In this document: positions 8,417-17,574 of the stretch, piece after piece
How positions within the stretch are numbered: the first letter of the stretch is position 1
How the letters are laid out: each line of letters starts with the position of its first letter
Source: Caldimicrobium thiodismutans
GTDB taxonomy: Bacteria > Desulfobacterota > Thermodesulfobacteria > Thermodesulfobacteriales > Thermodesulfobacteriaceae
NCBI RefSeq assembly: GCF_001548275.1
Contig: NZ_AP014945.1
Location: 1,050,001 to 1,082,000 of the forward strand
Length of the DNA: 32,000 nucleotides
Direction of reading: 5' to 3'
The notes under the pieces: model-generated
The model's input: the letters and a program-made list of their open reading frames with translations, nothing else
What the model was told of the DNA's origin: nothing
Databases searched by the model: none
Made by a program: the position numbers and the translations under genes

Positions 8417-9348
8417 TTTGTCTTAATTCTTTCTGTAAAATATTTTCCAAGGGCAAGAATAGTAAAGCTCATCAAGAAAAGAAGAAAGGCTAAATAAAAA
8501 AGGGCGGCAAGATGGATATCCTTTTCTGCTTCTGTAAATTCATTTGCAAGTTTAACGGTAACTGTGGCTGTGGCTGAAAAAAGTGAGGTGGGAAACTGAT
8601 TCAGATTCCCAAGGACAAAGGCAACAGCCATGGTCTCTCCAAGGGCTCTTCCGAGGGAAAGACCGATTCCTCCAAGTATTCCAAGTTTGCAATAGGGAAA
8701 AACCACATCCTTTATTACTTCCCATTTTGTTGCCCCGATTCCATAGGCAGATTCCTTAAGAACCGAGGGCACAATCTGAAAGGCATCTCTGGCAACTGAG
8801 GCTGTAAAAGGAATTATCATAATGCTGAGGATAAGACTTGCGGTAAATAGATCTATTCCCAGAGGGGTTCCGGAAAAGAGTTTTCCCAGGAGTGGGAGCT
8901 TGCCAAGGGTTTTTTGAAGAAAGGGCTCCACATATTTTGCCTGGAGAGGGGCAAGGGTAAAAAGCCCCCACATACCATAAATTATGCTTGGAATAGCAGC
9001 CAAAAGCTCTATTGCCATTCCTATAATTTCTTTAAAGGCCTTAGGGGCTACCTCTGTGATAAAAACTGCAATTCCAAGAGCAATGGGAACCGCAACAATT
9101 AAAGCTAAAAAAGATGTAATCAGGGTGCCAAACAAGGGAATGGCTCCCCCAAAAAGCTCTTTAACAGGATCCCAAGAGGAAGATAGAATAAAATTCAGGA
9201 AACCAAATCTTTGCATAGCTGGAAAGGATTCCTTAAAAAGGATTAGAAAAATTCCAAAAAGCAAAAAAATTATCAAAAAAGCGGCAAAAAAGGTAATTAT
9301 AAGAAAAAAAAGATTGAAAAGATGCTCCTTGCTGGGAGATATTTTCAT
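8413..9348 (-). CDS. pstC: Phosphate ABC transporter permease PstC
   Basis: 311 aa permease directly downstream of pstS and abutting it (pstS ends at 9349). Confidence 0.85.
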   Translation of the reverse strand: MKISPSKEHLFNLFFLIITFFAAFLIIFLLFGIFLILFKESFPAMQRFGFLNFILSSSWDPVKELFGGAIPLFGTLITSFLALIVAVPIALGIAVFITEVAPKAFKEIIGMAIELLAAIPSIIYGMWGLFTLAPLQAKYVEPFLQKTLGKLPLLGKLFSGTPLGIDLFTASLILSIMIIPFTASVARDAFQIVPSVLKESAYGIGATKWEVIKDVVFPYCKLGILGGIGLSLGRALGETMAVAFVLGNLNQFPTSLFSATATVTVKLANEFTEAEKDIHLAALFYLAFLLFLMSFTILALGKYFTERIKTK

Positions 9349-10377
9349 TTAATAGAGGCCTTGGCTTTTCCAGTAATTCCTGATTTTTTCTTTAACTTCT
9401 TCAGGTAGAGGCACATAGTGAAGCTGTAAGGCTACATTGTCTCCTTTCTTATAGGCCCAGTCAAAAAATTTAACCACCTCTTTGTTAGTTTCCACTTTTT
9501 CTCTTGCAAGTAAAATATAGGTAGCTCCAGCAATAGGCCAGGCCCTTTCGCCCGGAGCATTGGTCATCCAGGCATAAAAATGTTTTTCAGGGTTGAGCTC
9601 AGCAGAACTTGCAGCCTCTTTAAAGGCCTCCACAGAAGGAGATACCACTTTTCCCTTAGCATTTTTCATATCAGCAACCTGCATCTTGTTTTGCACTGCA
9701 TAAGCATATTCCACATAGCCAAGACTATAAGGGGTTCTTTTGACATAATTTGCCACACCCTCATTTCCTTTGGCTCCAAGCCCTGTCTTAAAGCTAACAG
9801 AGGTGCCATAGCCTACTTCTTTTGCCCAATTCTTACAAACATCACTTAAATAATGGGTAAAAATAGCGGTTGTGCCAGATCCATCTGAACGATAAACCGG
9901 AGTAATAGGCTTATCAGGTAAATTAAAATCTGGATTTAAGGCCTTTAATTTAGCATCTGACCATGATTTGATCTCCCCAAGATAGATCTTGCAAAGGGCC
10001 TCACCATCCAAGACTAATTTCTTCTCCCCTGTCTCTGGTAAATTTACAGCCACAACTACCCCTCCCACCACAGCAGGAAACTGCAAAAGCTTTTTTTCTT
10101 CTACCTCCTCAGGCTTCAAAGCCATATCTGAGGCCCCAAAGTCAACAGTTCTTTCTGCAATCTGGCGAATTCCTCCTCCTGAGCCAATGGACTGATAATT
10201 AACCTTTATTCCCGTTTCTTTATAATATGCACCTGCCCAGGTTGAATAAAGGGGATAGGGAAAGGTGGCCCCGGCTCCATTTAAAGTCTTCCCCGCAGGG
10301 ATTGACTTTTCTTCCTTCCCCTTGCAGGAAACAAGAATACCAAGAAAAATCAAAAACAAAAAAAGAATTCCTTTCAT
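9349..10377 (-). CDS. pstS: Phosphate-binding protein PstS (signal peptide/lipobox-like LVSC)
   Basis: The sequence ...LNGAGATFPYPLYSTWAGAYYKETGIKVNYQSIGSGGGI... matches the PstS phosphate-binding core. N-terminal signal MKGILFLFLIFLGILVSC. Confidence 0.9.
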   Translation of the reverse strand: MKGILFLFLIFLGILVSCKGKEEKSIPAGKTLNGAGATFPYPLYSTWAGAYYKETGIKVNYQSIGSGGGIRQIAERTVDFGASDMALKPEEVEEKKLLQFPAVVGGVVVAVNLPETGEKKLVLDGEALCKIYLGEIKSWSDAKLKALNPDFNLPDKPITPVYRSDGSGTTAIFTHYLSDVCKNWAKEVGYGTSVSFKTGLGAKGNEGVANYVKRTPYSLGYVEYAYAVQNKMQVADMKNAKGKVVSPSVEAFKEAASSAELNPEKHFYAWMTNAPGERAWPIAGATYILLAREKVETNKEVVKFFDWAYKKGDNVALQLHYVPLPEEVKEKIRNYWKSQGLY

Positions 10378-10404
10378 TTTAAGCCCCCTTGTGGTTTTGC
10401 TTAT

Positions 10405-10432
10405 ATTTTAGAAGATTTACCTTTATTGTCAA
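10405..10432 (-). promoter_or_regulatory. Putative pstS promoter (TTGACA-N16-TAAAAT)
   Basis: Minus strand TTGACA (10432-10427), 16-nt spacer, TAAAAT (10410-10405). An AAGGGGG Shine-Dalgarno sequence precedes ATG 10377. Confidence 0.5.
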
Positions 10433-10498
10433 TCTACCTCTCACCCTTTTACCACCCACCCTTTTTCTTGCAAGGATATAAACCTATGGACTGTGAGG

Positions 10499-12496
10499 CT
10501 AATACCAGGCTGAAATAGGATTTTCAAGATATTCCATCGCCTTCCTTAGATCTTCTTTTCTCCCTGTAAGTATAAGGATATCTCCTTTCTGAAGAAGGAT
10601 ATCTGGAGAGGGATTAAGTAAAATTTCTTTATTTCTTTGGATGGCAAGAATGGTTGCCCCGGTTTTGGCTCTTAAATCAAGATTTTTAATGGAAAGTCCA
10701 GTAAGGGGACTCCCCTCCTTTATTAAGTAATTCTCAAAGTTTAGGATTCTCCACCATTCCTCCGTAGGTATATCGACAAGAGATAATGGACCTTCTTTTC
10801 TTAAGGCCTGATAATGTCCCTTGCGAAGCTCATCAGTTAATTCTTTTAACAGATTTTGGGGGATTTTATAAAATTCAAGGACTCGGATAAAAAGCTCAAT
10901 AGAGGCCTCAAATTCCTCAGGCACAACTTCATTGGCACCAAGCATTAAAAGCTCATCAATTTCCGTTACAAACTGGGTGCGAGCAATGATGTAAAGATGG
11001 GGATTTAAAGTCCGGGCTACCTGAATGATTTTCCTTACAGCAATATGATCACTGATGGCAACCACTAAAGCTCTCGCCCTCTCAAGCCCAAATTTTTTTA
11101 ATATTTCAGGATGGGTGGCATCAGCAAAATAAATAGGCTCTCCCTTTTTCTTATAGATGCGTACAGTAGCAGGATTTAGTTCCAAAATAATATAGGGGAT
11201 TTTTAAAAGCTTTAATCCATAAACCACATTTTTGCCACAAATTCCATATCCCACAACTACAGTATGTCCACTTAAGTGCTCCTCCTCTCTTTCCCTTATT
11301 TTTTGAATAAGCCCTAATTTTTGAGGTAATATTCGTCTCAAAAGGAACTCAGAAAAGCGATGTGCACTGGTTACCACAAAAGGTGTAGCCAGAAGGGTAA
11401 GAATAGATATTCCAATAAAGAGCTGATAAAAGGCTTCAGAGGAAAAAAGACCCAATTTTTCCCCCTCAAGGGCAAGCACAAAGGAAAACTCTCCTATCTG
11501 GAAAAGATAAAGTGAAGAAAGTAAAGAAAGTCGCATATTCTTACTTAAGAACATAACTACCCCAAAGATTATCCCTACTTTCAGAAGGACAACCAAACCA
11601 AAGGAAGATAAGCTCAACAAAGGATTATCAAGAAGGACCTTTGGATCTAAAAGCATTCCCACAGAAATAAAAAATAAAGCCATGAAGAGATCTTTAAGAG
11701 GCTTTACCTCTGCCATCACCTGATAGGCATAATCGGATTCTGAAATAATAATACCAGCTAAAAAAGCTCCCAGAGCCATAGAAAGTCCAAGTTTATAACT
11801 GAGTAGAGCTGTTCCCAGCGCAATTAAAAAGAGACTAATCAAAAATATCTCCCTGCTTCTGGTCTTCATCACCATATCCAAAAGAAAGGGAACAAGTCTG
11901 AAACTCACTAAGAAGATCCCGACCAAAATTCCAAAGGACTTCGTTAAAGTTAAAAGTATGAGAGTATAAGAAACTCCCTCACCAGCAAGGAGGGGAAGAA
12001 AAAGCATAACCAGTATTACTGAGAGATCCTGAAAGATCAGGATTCCAAAGATGTATCTTCCGTAAGGAGAATTCAACTCCCCTCTTTCCATTAAAAGTTT
12101 TAATACTACAGCGGTGCTGCTAAAGGCAATGAGAGCACCGTAAAAAAGGGACTGGGGAAGAGGTTTTTTGAGAAATAAAAAAGAAAGTAAAGAGGTAACC
12201 CCTAAGGTAAAAAAGACCTGCAAAAGGCCTCCCCAGAGAACCTCTTTTCTATAAGCCAAAAGCTTTTTAAGGGAAAATTCAACCCCCAAAAGAAACATCA
12301 AAAAAATAACCCCGAGCTCTGCTAAATTTTCAATTAAATGGGGATCCTTTACCAATGAAAATCCAGCTGGACCAACTAAAAGACCACTTAGCAAAAATCC
12401 AACTAAGGGAGGCAGCTTTAATCTTGCAGAGAGATAACTTATAGGTAAGGCCACCAGAAAAGCTAAAAGTAATGTTGAGAGAAATTCCTGAAGCAT
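10499..12496 (-). CDS. CPA2-family monovalent cation:proton antiporter with RCK (TrkA-N/TrkA-C) domains, KefB/KefC-like
   Basis: About 13 TM segments are followed by VVVGYGICGK (Rossmann-type RCK-N) and a C-terminal TrkA-C-like region. The track start is TTG 12529. I prefer ATG 12496 (MLQEFLSTLLLAF...) because TATAAT lies 6 nt upstream. Confidence 0.8.
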   Translation of the reverse strand: MLQEFLSTLLLAFLVALPISYLSARLKLPPLVGFLLSGLLVGPAGFSLVKDPHLIENLAELGVIFLMFLLGVEFSLKKLLAYRKEVLWGGLLQVFFTLGVTSLLSFLFLKKPLPQSLFYGALIAFSSTAVVLKLLMERGELNSPYGRYIFGILIFQDLSVILVMLFLPLLAGEGVSYTLILLTLTKSFGILVGIFLVSFRLVPFLLDMVMKTRSREIFLISLFLIALGTALLSYKLGLSMALGAFLAGIIISESDYAYQVMAEVKPLKDLFMALFFISVGMLLDPKVLLDNPLLSLSSFGLVVLLKVGIIFGVVMFLSKNMRLSLLSSLYLFQIGEFSFVLALEGEKLGLFSSEAFYQLFIGISILTLLATPFVVTSAHRFSEFLLRRILPQKLGLIQKIREREEEHLSGHTVVVGYGICGKNVVYGLKLLKIPYIILELNPATVRIYKKKGEPIYFADATHPEILKKFGLERARALVVAISDHIAVRKIIQVARTLNPHLYIIARTQFVTEIDELLMLGANEVVPEEFEASIELFIRVLEFYKIPQNLLKELTDELRKGHYQALRKEGPLSLVDIPTEEWWRILNFENYLIKEGSPLTGLSIKNLDLRAKTGATILAIQRNKEILLNPSPDILLQKGDILILTGRKEDLRKAMEYLENPISAWY

Positions 12497-12660
12497 AGCT
12501 ATATTATAGTCTAAAAAACCAGGACTCAAAGCCTGAGACCATTTCTATATTGTTAGTGCTAAAACATTGTGCTTTTTTTCTCATTTTCTGAAAAAATTCC
12601 AAATTACCTTTACTTTTTCTTATAGATGCCTTAAGTTTAAACAAAAAGGAGTTGATTATC

Positions 12661-13968
12661 ATGCCTGATACCCTTAAAAATCAAGCTAAAAAGGGAGTAG
12701 TTACTGAGGAGATTAGGCTCTGTGCTGAAGCAGAAGGCCTCTCACCTGAGACCTTAGTTAATCAAATAGCTAAAGGGGAAGTTGTTCTTTGTAAGAACAA
12801 AAAAGCCAAGCTTTCAAAGCCCTGTGCTATTGGTAAAGGCTTAAAAACCAAGGTAAATGTGAATATTGGCACATCCAAAGACCGTCCTTATATTGAAGAG
12901 GAACTTAAAAAACTTGAAATTGCCCTTAGATACGGCACAGATGCAGTTATGGATCTTTCAACAGGTGGCCCTATTGATGAAATAAGAAAGGCTATTCGGG
13001 AGGCCTGTCCTGTTCCCCTTGGAACAGTTCCCATCTATCAAGCTGCCCTTGAGGCTGTTGAAAAACATAAAAAATCCATAGTGGAAATGACGGTTTCCGA
13101 AATCTTTGAGGTTATTCAAAAACAAGCAGAAGATGGCATTGACTTTATGACTGTGCACTGCGGAATTACTAAACATACCTTAGAGAGGCTTAAAAACAAG
13201 GAAAGAATCCTTGGTGTGGTTTCAAGGGGGGGCTCCTTTATAGTGGAATGGATGGTTTACAATAACAGGGAAAATCCTCTTTATGAGTATTTTGATGAGC
13301 TCCTTGATATAGCCTCAGCCTATGATATTACCCTTTCCCTTGGAGATGGAATCAGACCTGGATGTATAGCAGATGCAACCGATGGCCCCCAGATTCAAGA
13401 ATTAATTATTCTTGGAGAATTAACCTTGAGGGCCTGGGAAAGAGGGGTTCAAGTGATGATTGAAGGCCCTGGGCATGTTCCCTTAGATCAGATTACTGCT
13501 AATGTGAAACTTCAAAAAAGGCTCTGCCACAATGCTCCCTTTTATGTGCTCGGGCCTTTACCCACAGATATTGCCCCAGGCTATGATCACATAGTGGGTG
13601 CCATAGGAGGAGCCATTGCTGCAAGTGCCGGGGCTGATTTTCTTTGCTACTTAACTCCTGCTGAGCACTTGAGACTTCCCACCCTTGAAGATGTTAAAGA
13701 AGGCCTTATTGCCTCAAAAATTGCTGCTCATGTGGCAGATCTTGTGAAGGGAGTCAAAGGGGCCTGGGAATGGGATCTTGAAATGGCTAAAGCAAGAGCC
13801 CAACTTGACTGGGAACGCCAGATTGAACTTTCCATTGACCCAGAAAAAGCCCGTAAATATCGCCTTGAAGGTGGTATTTCAAGAAGTAAAGCCTGCTCTA
13901 TGTGCGGAGAATACTGCGCTATAAAAATCTATGAACATGCCTATAAGTTTTTAAAAGGCGCCCATTGA
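12661..13968 (+). CDS. thiC: Phosphomethylpyrimidine synthase ThiC (radical SAM)
   Basis: Conserved ThiC blocks (VNVNIGTS, DAVMDLSTGG, MTVHCG, MIEGPGHVP) and the C-terminal cluster motif CSMCGEYC. Start moved to ATG 12661, 9 nt after AAGGAG (12646-12651). The track start is TTG 12652. Confidence 0.92.
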   Translation: MPDTLKNQAKKGVVTEEIRLCAEAEGLSPETLVNQIAKGEVVLCKNKKAKLSKPCAIGKGLKTKVNVNIGTSKDRPYIEEELKKLEIALRYGTDAVMDLSTGGPIDEIRKAIREACPVPLGTVPIYQAALEAVEKHKKSIVEMTVSEIFEVIQKQAEDGIDFMTVHCGITKHTLERLKNKERILGVVSRGGSFIVEWMVYNNRENPLYEYFDELLDIASAYDITLSLGDGIRPGCIADATDGPQIQELIILGELTLRAWERGVQVMIEGPGHVPLDQITANVKLQKRLCHNAPFYVLGPLPTDIAPGYDHIVGAIGGAIAASAGADFLCYLTPAEHLRLPTLEDVKEGLIASKIAAHVADLVKGVKGAWEWDLEMAKARAQLDWERQIELSIDPEKARKYRLEGGISRSKACSMCGEYCAIKIYEHAYKFLKGAH

Positions 13969-14373
13969 ATGAGCCCTTAACGCAGTTAAGACCTCTTTAA
14001 AAATTTGATAATAAATATCTTTTTTTATTTCTTTGTAATATTTTTTGGCTGTTTCTTCATCATAAATCTGAACCAGAAATTTTCTTATAAGAAGCATTTC
14101 ATAGAGGTTTTCTTCATAATCCTGAGAAATAAGACCTTCCTTTAATAAAGATTCAAAACAACTTCTTGGGGAATAACATTCAATCCCGCGAAGGCACAAA
14201 AATTCCTTTATTGCCTTCCACATGGCTTCAAAGGTGTATTCAAATCTCTTGGTTAAAATCTCAATTTGAAAGTCCTCACTGAAAACTTCCTCAAATAGAG
14301 GATTTCCTAAGATTTCTTCAAATTTTCTAAATGCTCTCTCAAAGCGCTCAAGGCTCCTTCTGAACTTTTCCAT
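13951..14373 (-). CDS. Nucleotidyltransferase substrate-binding protein, HI0074 family (HEPN-superfamily four-helix bundle)
   Basis: N-terminus MEKFRRSLERFERAFRKFEEIL and the block IRKFLVQIYDEETA align by eye to the family motif R-N-x-x-x-H-x-Y-D-E. It sits immediately downstream of the minimal nucleotidyltransferase. Confidence 0.7.
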   Translation of the reverse strand: MEKFRRSLERFERAFRKFEEILGNPLFEEVFSEDFQIEILTKRFEYTFEAMWKAIKEFLCLRGIECYSPRSCFESLLKEGLISQDYEENLYEMLLIRKFLVQIYDEETAKKYYKEIKKDIYYQIFKEVLTALRAHSMGAF

Positions 14374-14681
14374 ATATATCCCTCTGCAATAATTTTTTCT
14401 ATAAATTCGGGATTTTTTATTCTTTTGAGATCAACCACTTCTATGGTTCTCAAAAGAGGAAGCCCCTCAAGGGCTTTCTCAATCTCTGCCAGAATTTTTG
14501 CTGAAAGTTTTTCTGAAGAAAATATGGCTACATCAATATCTGATGTCCTTCCAAATCCTCCCTCTATAAGGGACCCAAAAAAGATAATAAGACTCTTCTC
14601 AGGCAATAACCTCTCTAGGCTCGCCCCAACAAGACCTAAAATTCTCTCTTTCTCCTCTTTTACCCTCTCTTTTTCCTTCAT
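14307..14681 (-). CDS. Minimal nucleotidyltransferase (MNT, HI0073-like)
   Basis: The motif GSLIEGGFGRTSDIDVAIF fits G-S-x(9-10)-D-x-D of the pol-beta-type NTase fold. Confidence 0.8.
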   Translation of the reverse strand: MKEKERVKEEKERILGLVGASLERLLPEKSLIIFFGSLIEGGFGRTSDIDVAIFSSEKLSAKILAEIEKALEGLPLLRTIEVVDLKRIKNPEFIEKIIAEGYIWKSSEGALSALREHLENLKKS

Positions 14682-14705
14682 ACTTTTAATTTTATATCAA
14701 TCTTT

Positions 14706-16304
14706 CTAAGTTTTTAGTTTACTTTTTGCCTTAAATAGCTTTATTGAAGCTCTCATCTTTAGAAATCCCCTTGACTTTAACAGAAATAGAGCAAGAAGAA
14801 AAAGGAAACCAAGAAGTCCCCAGAAAGCAACTGCCCGAAAGGTTTCTTGAAAACCCCAGCTTAAGGCTTGAACATACTGGGCCTTATAAAGAAGGGCGGA
14901 AACCTTTTTCTCTGCAAGTTCACCCGAAAAAAATTTTTCTGCAAAATAAGTCTTTTCTTGCAAAAATTGTTTTACTATTCCATAATTTTGAAGCTCGGTT
15001 ATGCGCAAAAAATTTTCATTGGTGTAGTATTCCAGATGATTGGTTGCCAGAGCTGTTCCAAAGGAGCCTCCAACAAAACGCTGGTAATGCATAAGAACCA
15101 CTCCAAGGCCTGTTAAAGGCCCAAGTTTTCGTAAAGAAATGGCAGTAAGGGGCGCAAAAAAGGTGCCCATTGAAATCCCAAGGGGTATACAGAGAAGAGA
15201 GGACTTCCAGGCTGGTGTGTAATAATTAAGCTGAGGAATAAGATAATAACTGGTAAAGATAAATATAAGGGAACTGAAAAGAAGAATTCTTCCCGGGGCA
15301 AAGCGATCAGAAAGATATCCTGAGATAACACTGAACGTTCCTATAAAACAGGCAAAAACAAGAATGTGAACCCCTGCCTGAAAAGTAGTAAGCCCTTTAA
15401 GGTTTTCATAATAGAGGGGAAGAAGATAAAAAATCTGATACATTCCAAAGCCAAGGGTAAAAAAGTGCATTCCCATGGGAAGGCCAAATTCAGGAATTTT
15501 ATAAATAGAGAGATTAAGAAGGGGTTTTTTTGAAAGGAGTTCACTCAGTAAATAAAGGACAAATCCAATAAGACTTACAAAAAGAAGTATCAGAATTAGA
15601 TCAGATTGAAACCAGCCAAGCTGTTGCCCTTTTGAAAGCATGATAAGAAGGGAGGTTGTAGCAACGGCAATAAAGAGATAACTTAAGTAATTAAAGTGAA
15701 AGATCTTTGATCTTCCAAGTTCTTTGGGGAGGTAAAGAAGGGCTGCTAAGAAATTGAGGATACCCACAGGGATATTCACAAAGAAAACCCAGCGCCAGCT
15801 TAAGTGTTCTGTTATAAATCCGCCAAGGGTTGGGCCAAGGGCAGGGGCAAAGCTTACTCCAAGACCAAAAATCCCCATAGCAAGCCCTCTTCTTTGCGGT
15901 GGATAAGAGGCAATCAAAATAGTCTGAGCAGAGGCTGCAATGAAGGCTTCCCCCAAGCCCTGAACCACCCTGAAAAAAATCATCTGAGGAAGATTTTGGG
16001 CGGTTCCACAAAAAAAACTTGAAATAGTAAAAATACCAAGGCCTGTTATAAAGGTATAGGGATACCCTATGAATCTTGCAAAATTTTCAGTAAAAAGAAG
16101 TCCTGTTGCAGCTGCCATCATATAACTTGTTATAACCCACTGAATGCCATAAAGATCCGTAGATAAAGGCCCCATCATTTTAGGAACAACTATATCCACA
16201 ATGGTGGTATCAAGAATAGCCATAAAAAAACCTACCATCACAATGATAGTAATGAGAATTCTTTCAACCCTGATGATTCTCTGATGAAAGGTTTCAAAAT
16301 CCAT
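14706..16304 (-). CDS. MFS transporter, DHA2 (EmrB/QacA) family, about 14 TM
   Basis: The N-terminal region FMAILDTTIVDIVVPKM...LYGIQWVITSYMMAAA...GRRG-like loop is typical of DHA2. It is paired with an upstream HlyD adaptor. Confidence 0.85.
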   Translation of the reverse strand: MDFETFHQRIIRVERILITIIVMVGFFMAILDTTIVDIVVPKMMGPLSTDLYGIQWVITSYMMAAATGLLFTENFARFIGYPYTFITGLGIFTISSFFCGTAQNLPQMIFFRVVQGLGEAFIAASAQTILIASYPPQRRGLAMGIFGLGVSFAPALGPTLGGFITEHLSWRWVFFVNIPVGILNFLAALLYLPKELGRSKIFHFNYLSYLFIAVATTSLLIMLSKGQQLGWFQSDLILILLFVSLIGFVLYLLSELLSKKPLLNLSIYKIPEFGLPMGMHFFTLGFGMYQIFYLLPLYYENLKGLTTFQAGVHILVFACFIGTFSVISGYLSDRFAPGRILLFSSLIFIFTSYYLIPQLNYYTPAWKSSLLCIPLGISMGTFFAPLTAISLRKLGPLTGLGVVLMHYQRFVGGSFGTALATNHLEYYTNENFLRITELQNYGIVKQFLQEKTYFAEKFFSGELAEKKVSALLYKAQYVQALSWGFQETFRAVAFWGLLGFLFLLALFLLKSRGFLKMRASIKLFKAKSKLKT

Positions 16305-16309
16305 AATTT

Positions 16310-17440
16310 TTAACGGACTCTTTTTATTTCAACCTCGCCACCAAGCCCAACCTTTAGAAGACCTCTATCTCCTTTAGTAATTTTAATTTTAACTGGAATT
16401 CTTTGGGCAAGTTTGGTAAACTCTCCTGCGGAGATATCTCTCGGGACAAGGGCAAAGGTTGCAGCTGAAGCTGGAAGTATTTCTTCAACTTCTCCTTCCC
16501 AGACCTTTCCTGGATAGGCATCAAGCCTTATTCGGGCATAGGCTCCTTTTTTAATTCCCTTAAGCTTTGTCTCTTCAAGAAGAACAAGGATATAAAAGGA
16601 CTCAGGATCAACCACAACATAGATAGGCTCCCCTGGAGCAATTACATCTCCCTCTGAGTGAAATTTCTTGGCTATAACTCCTGTGATGGGACTTTTAAGT
16701 TTGGTGTATTCATAATAAAGAAGGGCTTCTTCTTTTTGTTTTAGAAGGGCTTTTTCCTTATACTTTAATGCCTCTATCTGGGAAGCCAAACTTTTTACAG
16801 TAAAGATTTCATTTTCCAAAAGGGTGCGCGTTTTCTCAAGAGCCTTTATATCTCTTTCAATGGAATTTAATAGTTCCTTTTCAGCCTCAAGCTGATGGTT
16901 TAGCTCTTTTTCTTCTGTTTCTTTGGCCTCAAGACTTTGTTGAGAAATAAGGCCCTCTTTATAAAGGTTTTCAAGCCTAAGTCTATCCTTTCTTACTAAA
17001 TCAAGTCTTGCCTTTATAGCCTCAAGCTTGGCAATTTGAGCCCTTTTCTTGGCCTGGAGAGACTCAAGCTGTTTTTGAATCTGCTCAATTTTAAGAATTA
17101 TTTCCCTTTCAAGTTTTCTCTTTGAATCAAAAAGAGAGGCCCTCTGAGAAGAAACCTCTTTTACTGACTCCTCAAGCTGGGTAACCCTTTTTTCATAATC
17201 AAAGGGTTCAAGCTCTGCAAGGATTTCGCCCTCCTTTATCCAATCTCCCTCTTTTTTGTATAGCTTGATTAATTTTCCATTAATCTTTGGGAAACTAACA
17301 TAGACCAAACGATCTGCCTGAACAAAAACCGCATCTGTTACCGCATAATGATATCTTTTCCAGATAAAATAACCAAAAAGTGAAAGAAAAAAGAGAAGAA
17401 AAAAACCAAGAATGTAAATCCCTATTTTCTTTTTTTGCAT
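16310..17440 (-). CDS. HlyD/EmrA-family periplasmic adaptor
   Basis: One N-terminal TM segment, a long coiled-coil, then barrel-sandwich and lipoyl-like segments (SPITGVIAK..., GMPV-like tail). Confidence 0.85.
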   Translation of the reverse strand: MQKKKIGIYILGFFLLFFLSLFGYFIWKRYHYAVTDAVFVQADRLVYVSFPKINGKLIKLYKKEGDWIKEGEILAELEPFDYEKRVTQLEESVKEVSSQRASLFDSKRKLEREIILKIEQIQKQLESLQAKKRAQIAKLEAIKARLDLVRKDRLRLENLYKEGLISQQSLEAKETEEKELNHQLEAEKELLNSIERDIKALEKTRTLLENEIFTVKSLASQIEALKYKEKALLKQKEEALLYYEYTKLKSPITGVIAKKFHSEGDVIAPGEPIYVVVDPESFYILVLLEETKLKGIKKGAYARIRLDAYPGKVWEGEVEEILPASAATFALVPRDISAGEFTKLAQRIPVKIKITKGDRGLLKVGLGGEVEIKRVR

Positions 17441-17484
17441 AAGCGCCTTCCTTTAAATTTATGTTAGTGCTTACTTAACTTTTA

Positions 17485-17512
17485 AGTCTAAAGATCTAAT
17501 TCTTTTTGTCAA
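17485..17512 (-). promoter_or_regulatory. Putative promoter of the HlyD-MFS operon (TTGACA-N16-TAGACT)
   Basis: Minus strand TTGACA 17512-17507 and TAGACT 17490-17485. Confidence 0.4.
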
Positions 17513-17552
17513 GGTTGTGTATGCGTCCAGGTCTTTTGAGACTTAAATAGTA

Positions 17553-17574
17553 GGGGTTTAAAATTTTAAACCCC
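17553..17574. promoter_or_regulatory. Perfect 22-bp palindrome GGGGTTTAAAATTTTAAACCCC in the divergent control region
   Basis: The sequence equals its own reverse complement and is followed on the + strand by TTGAATTTTTTT. It could be an operator or an insulating terminator. Confidence 0.5.

Noticed and set aside
5359-9352. Lys/Arg-rich + strand ORFs (5359-5667, 6340-6681, 7676-8216, 8914-9352)
   Set aside because: They are antisense shadows of the murJ and pst membrane-protein genes. Their basic low-complexity translations are typical of the reverse frame of hydrophobic, AT-rich genes.
10378-10498. Pho box upstream of pstS
   Set aside because: I could not recognise tandem PhoB- or PhoP-type direct repeats. 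Only a sigma70-like promoter and the shared 50-nt element are evident.
12530-12660. TPP riboswitch upstream of thiC
   Set aside because: A CTGAGA hexamer is present (12532-12537), but it lies at the edge of the antiporter gene. The other conserved THI-box segments (ACCTGATCTGGATAATGCCAGCG-like) are absent, and the remaining leader is too short and AT-rich.
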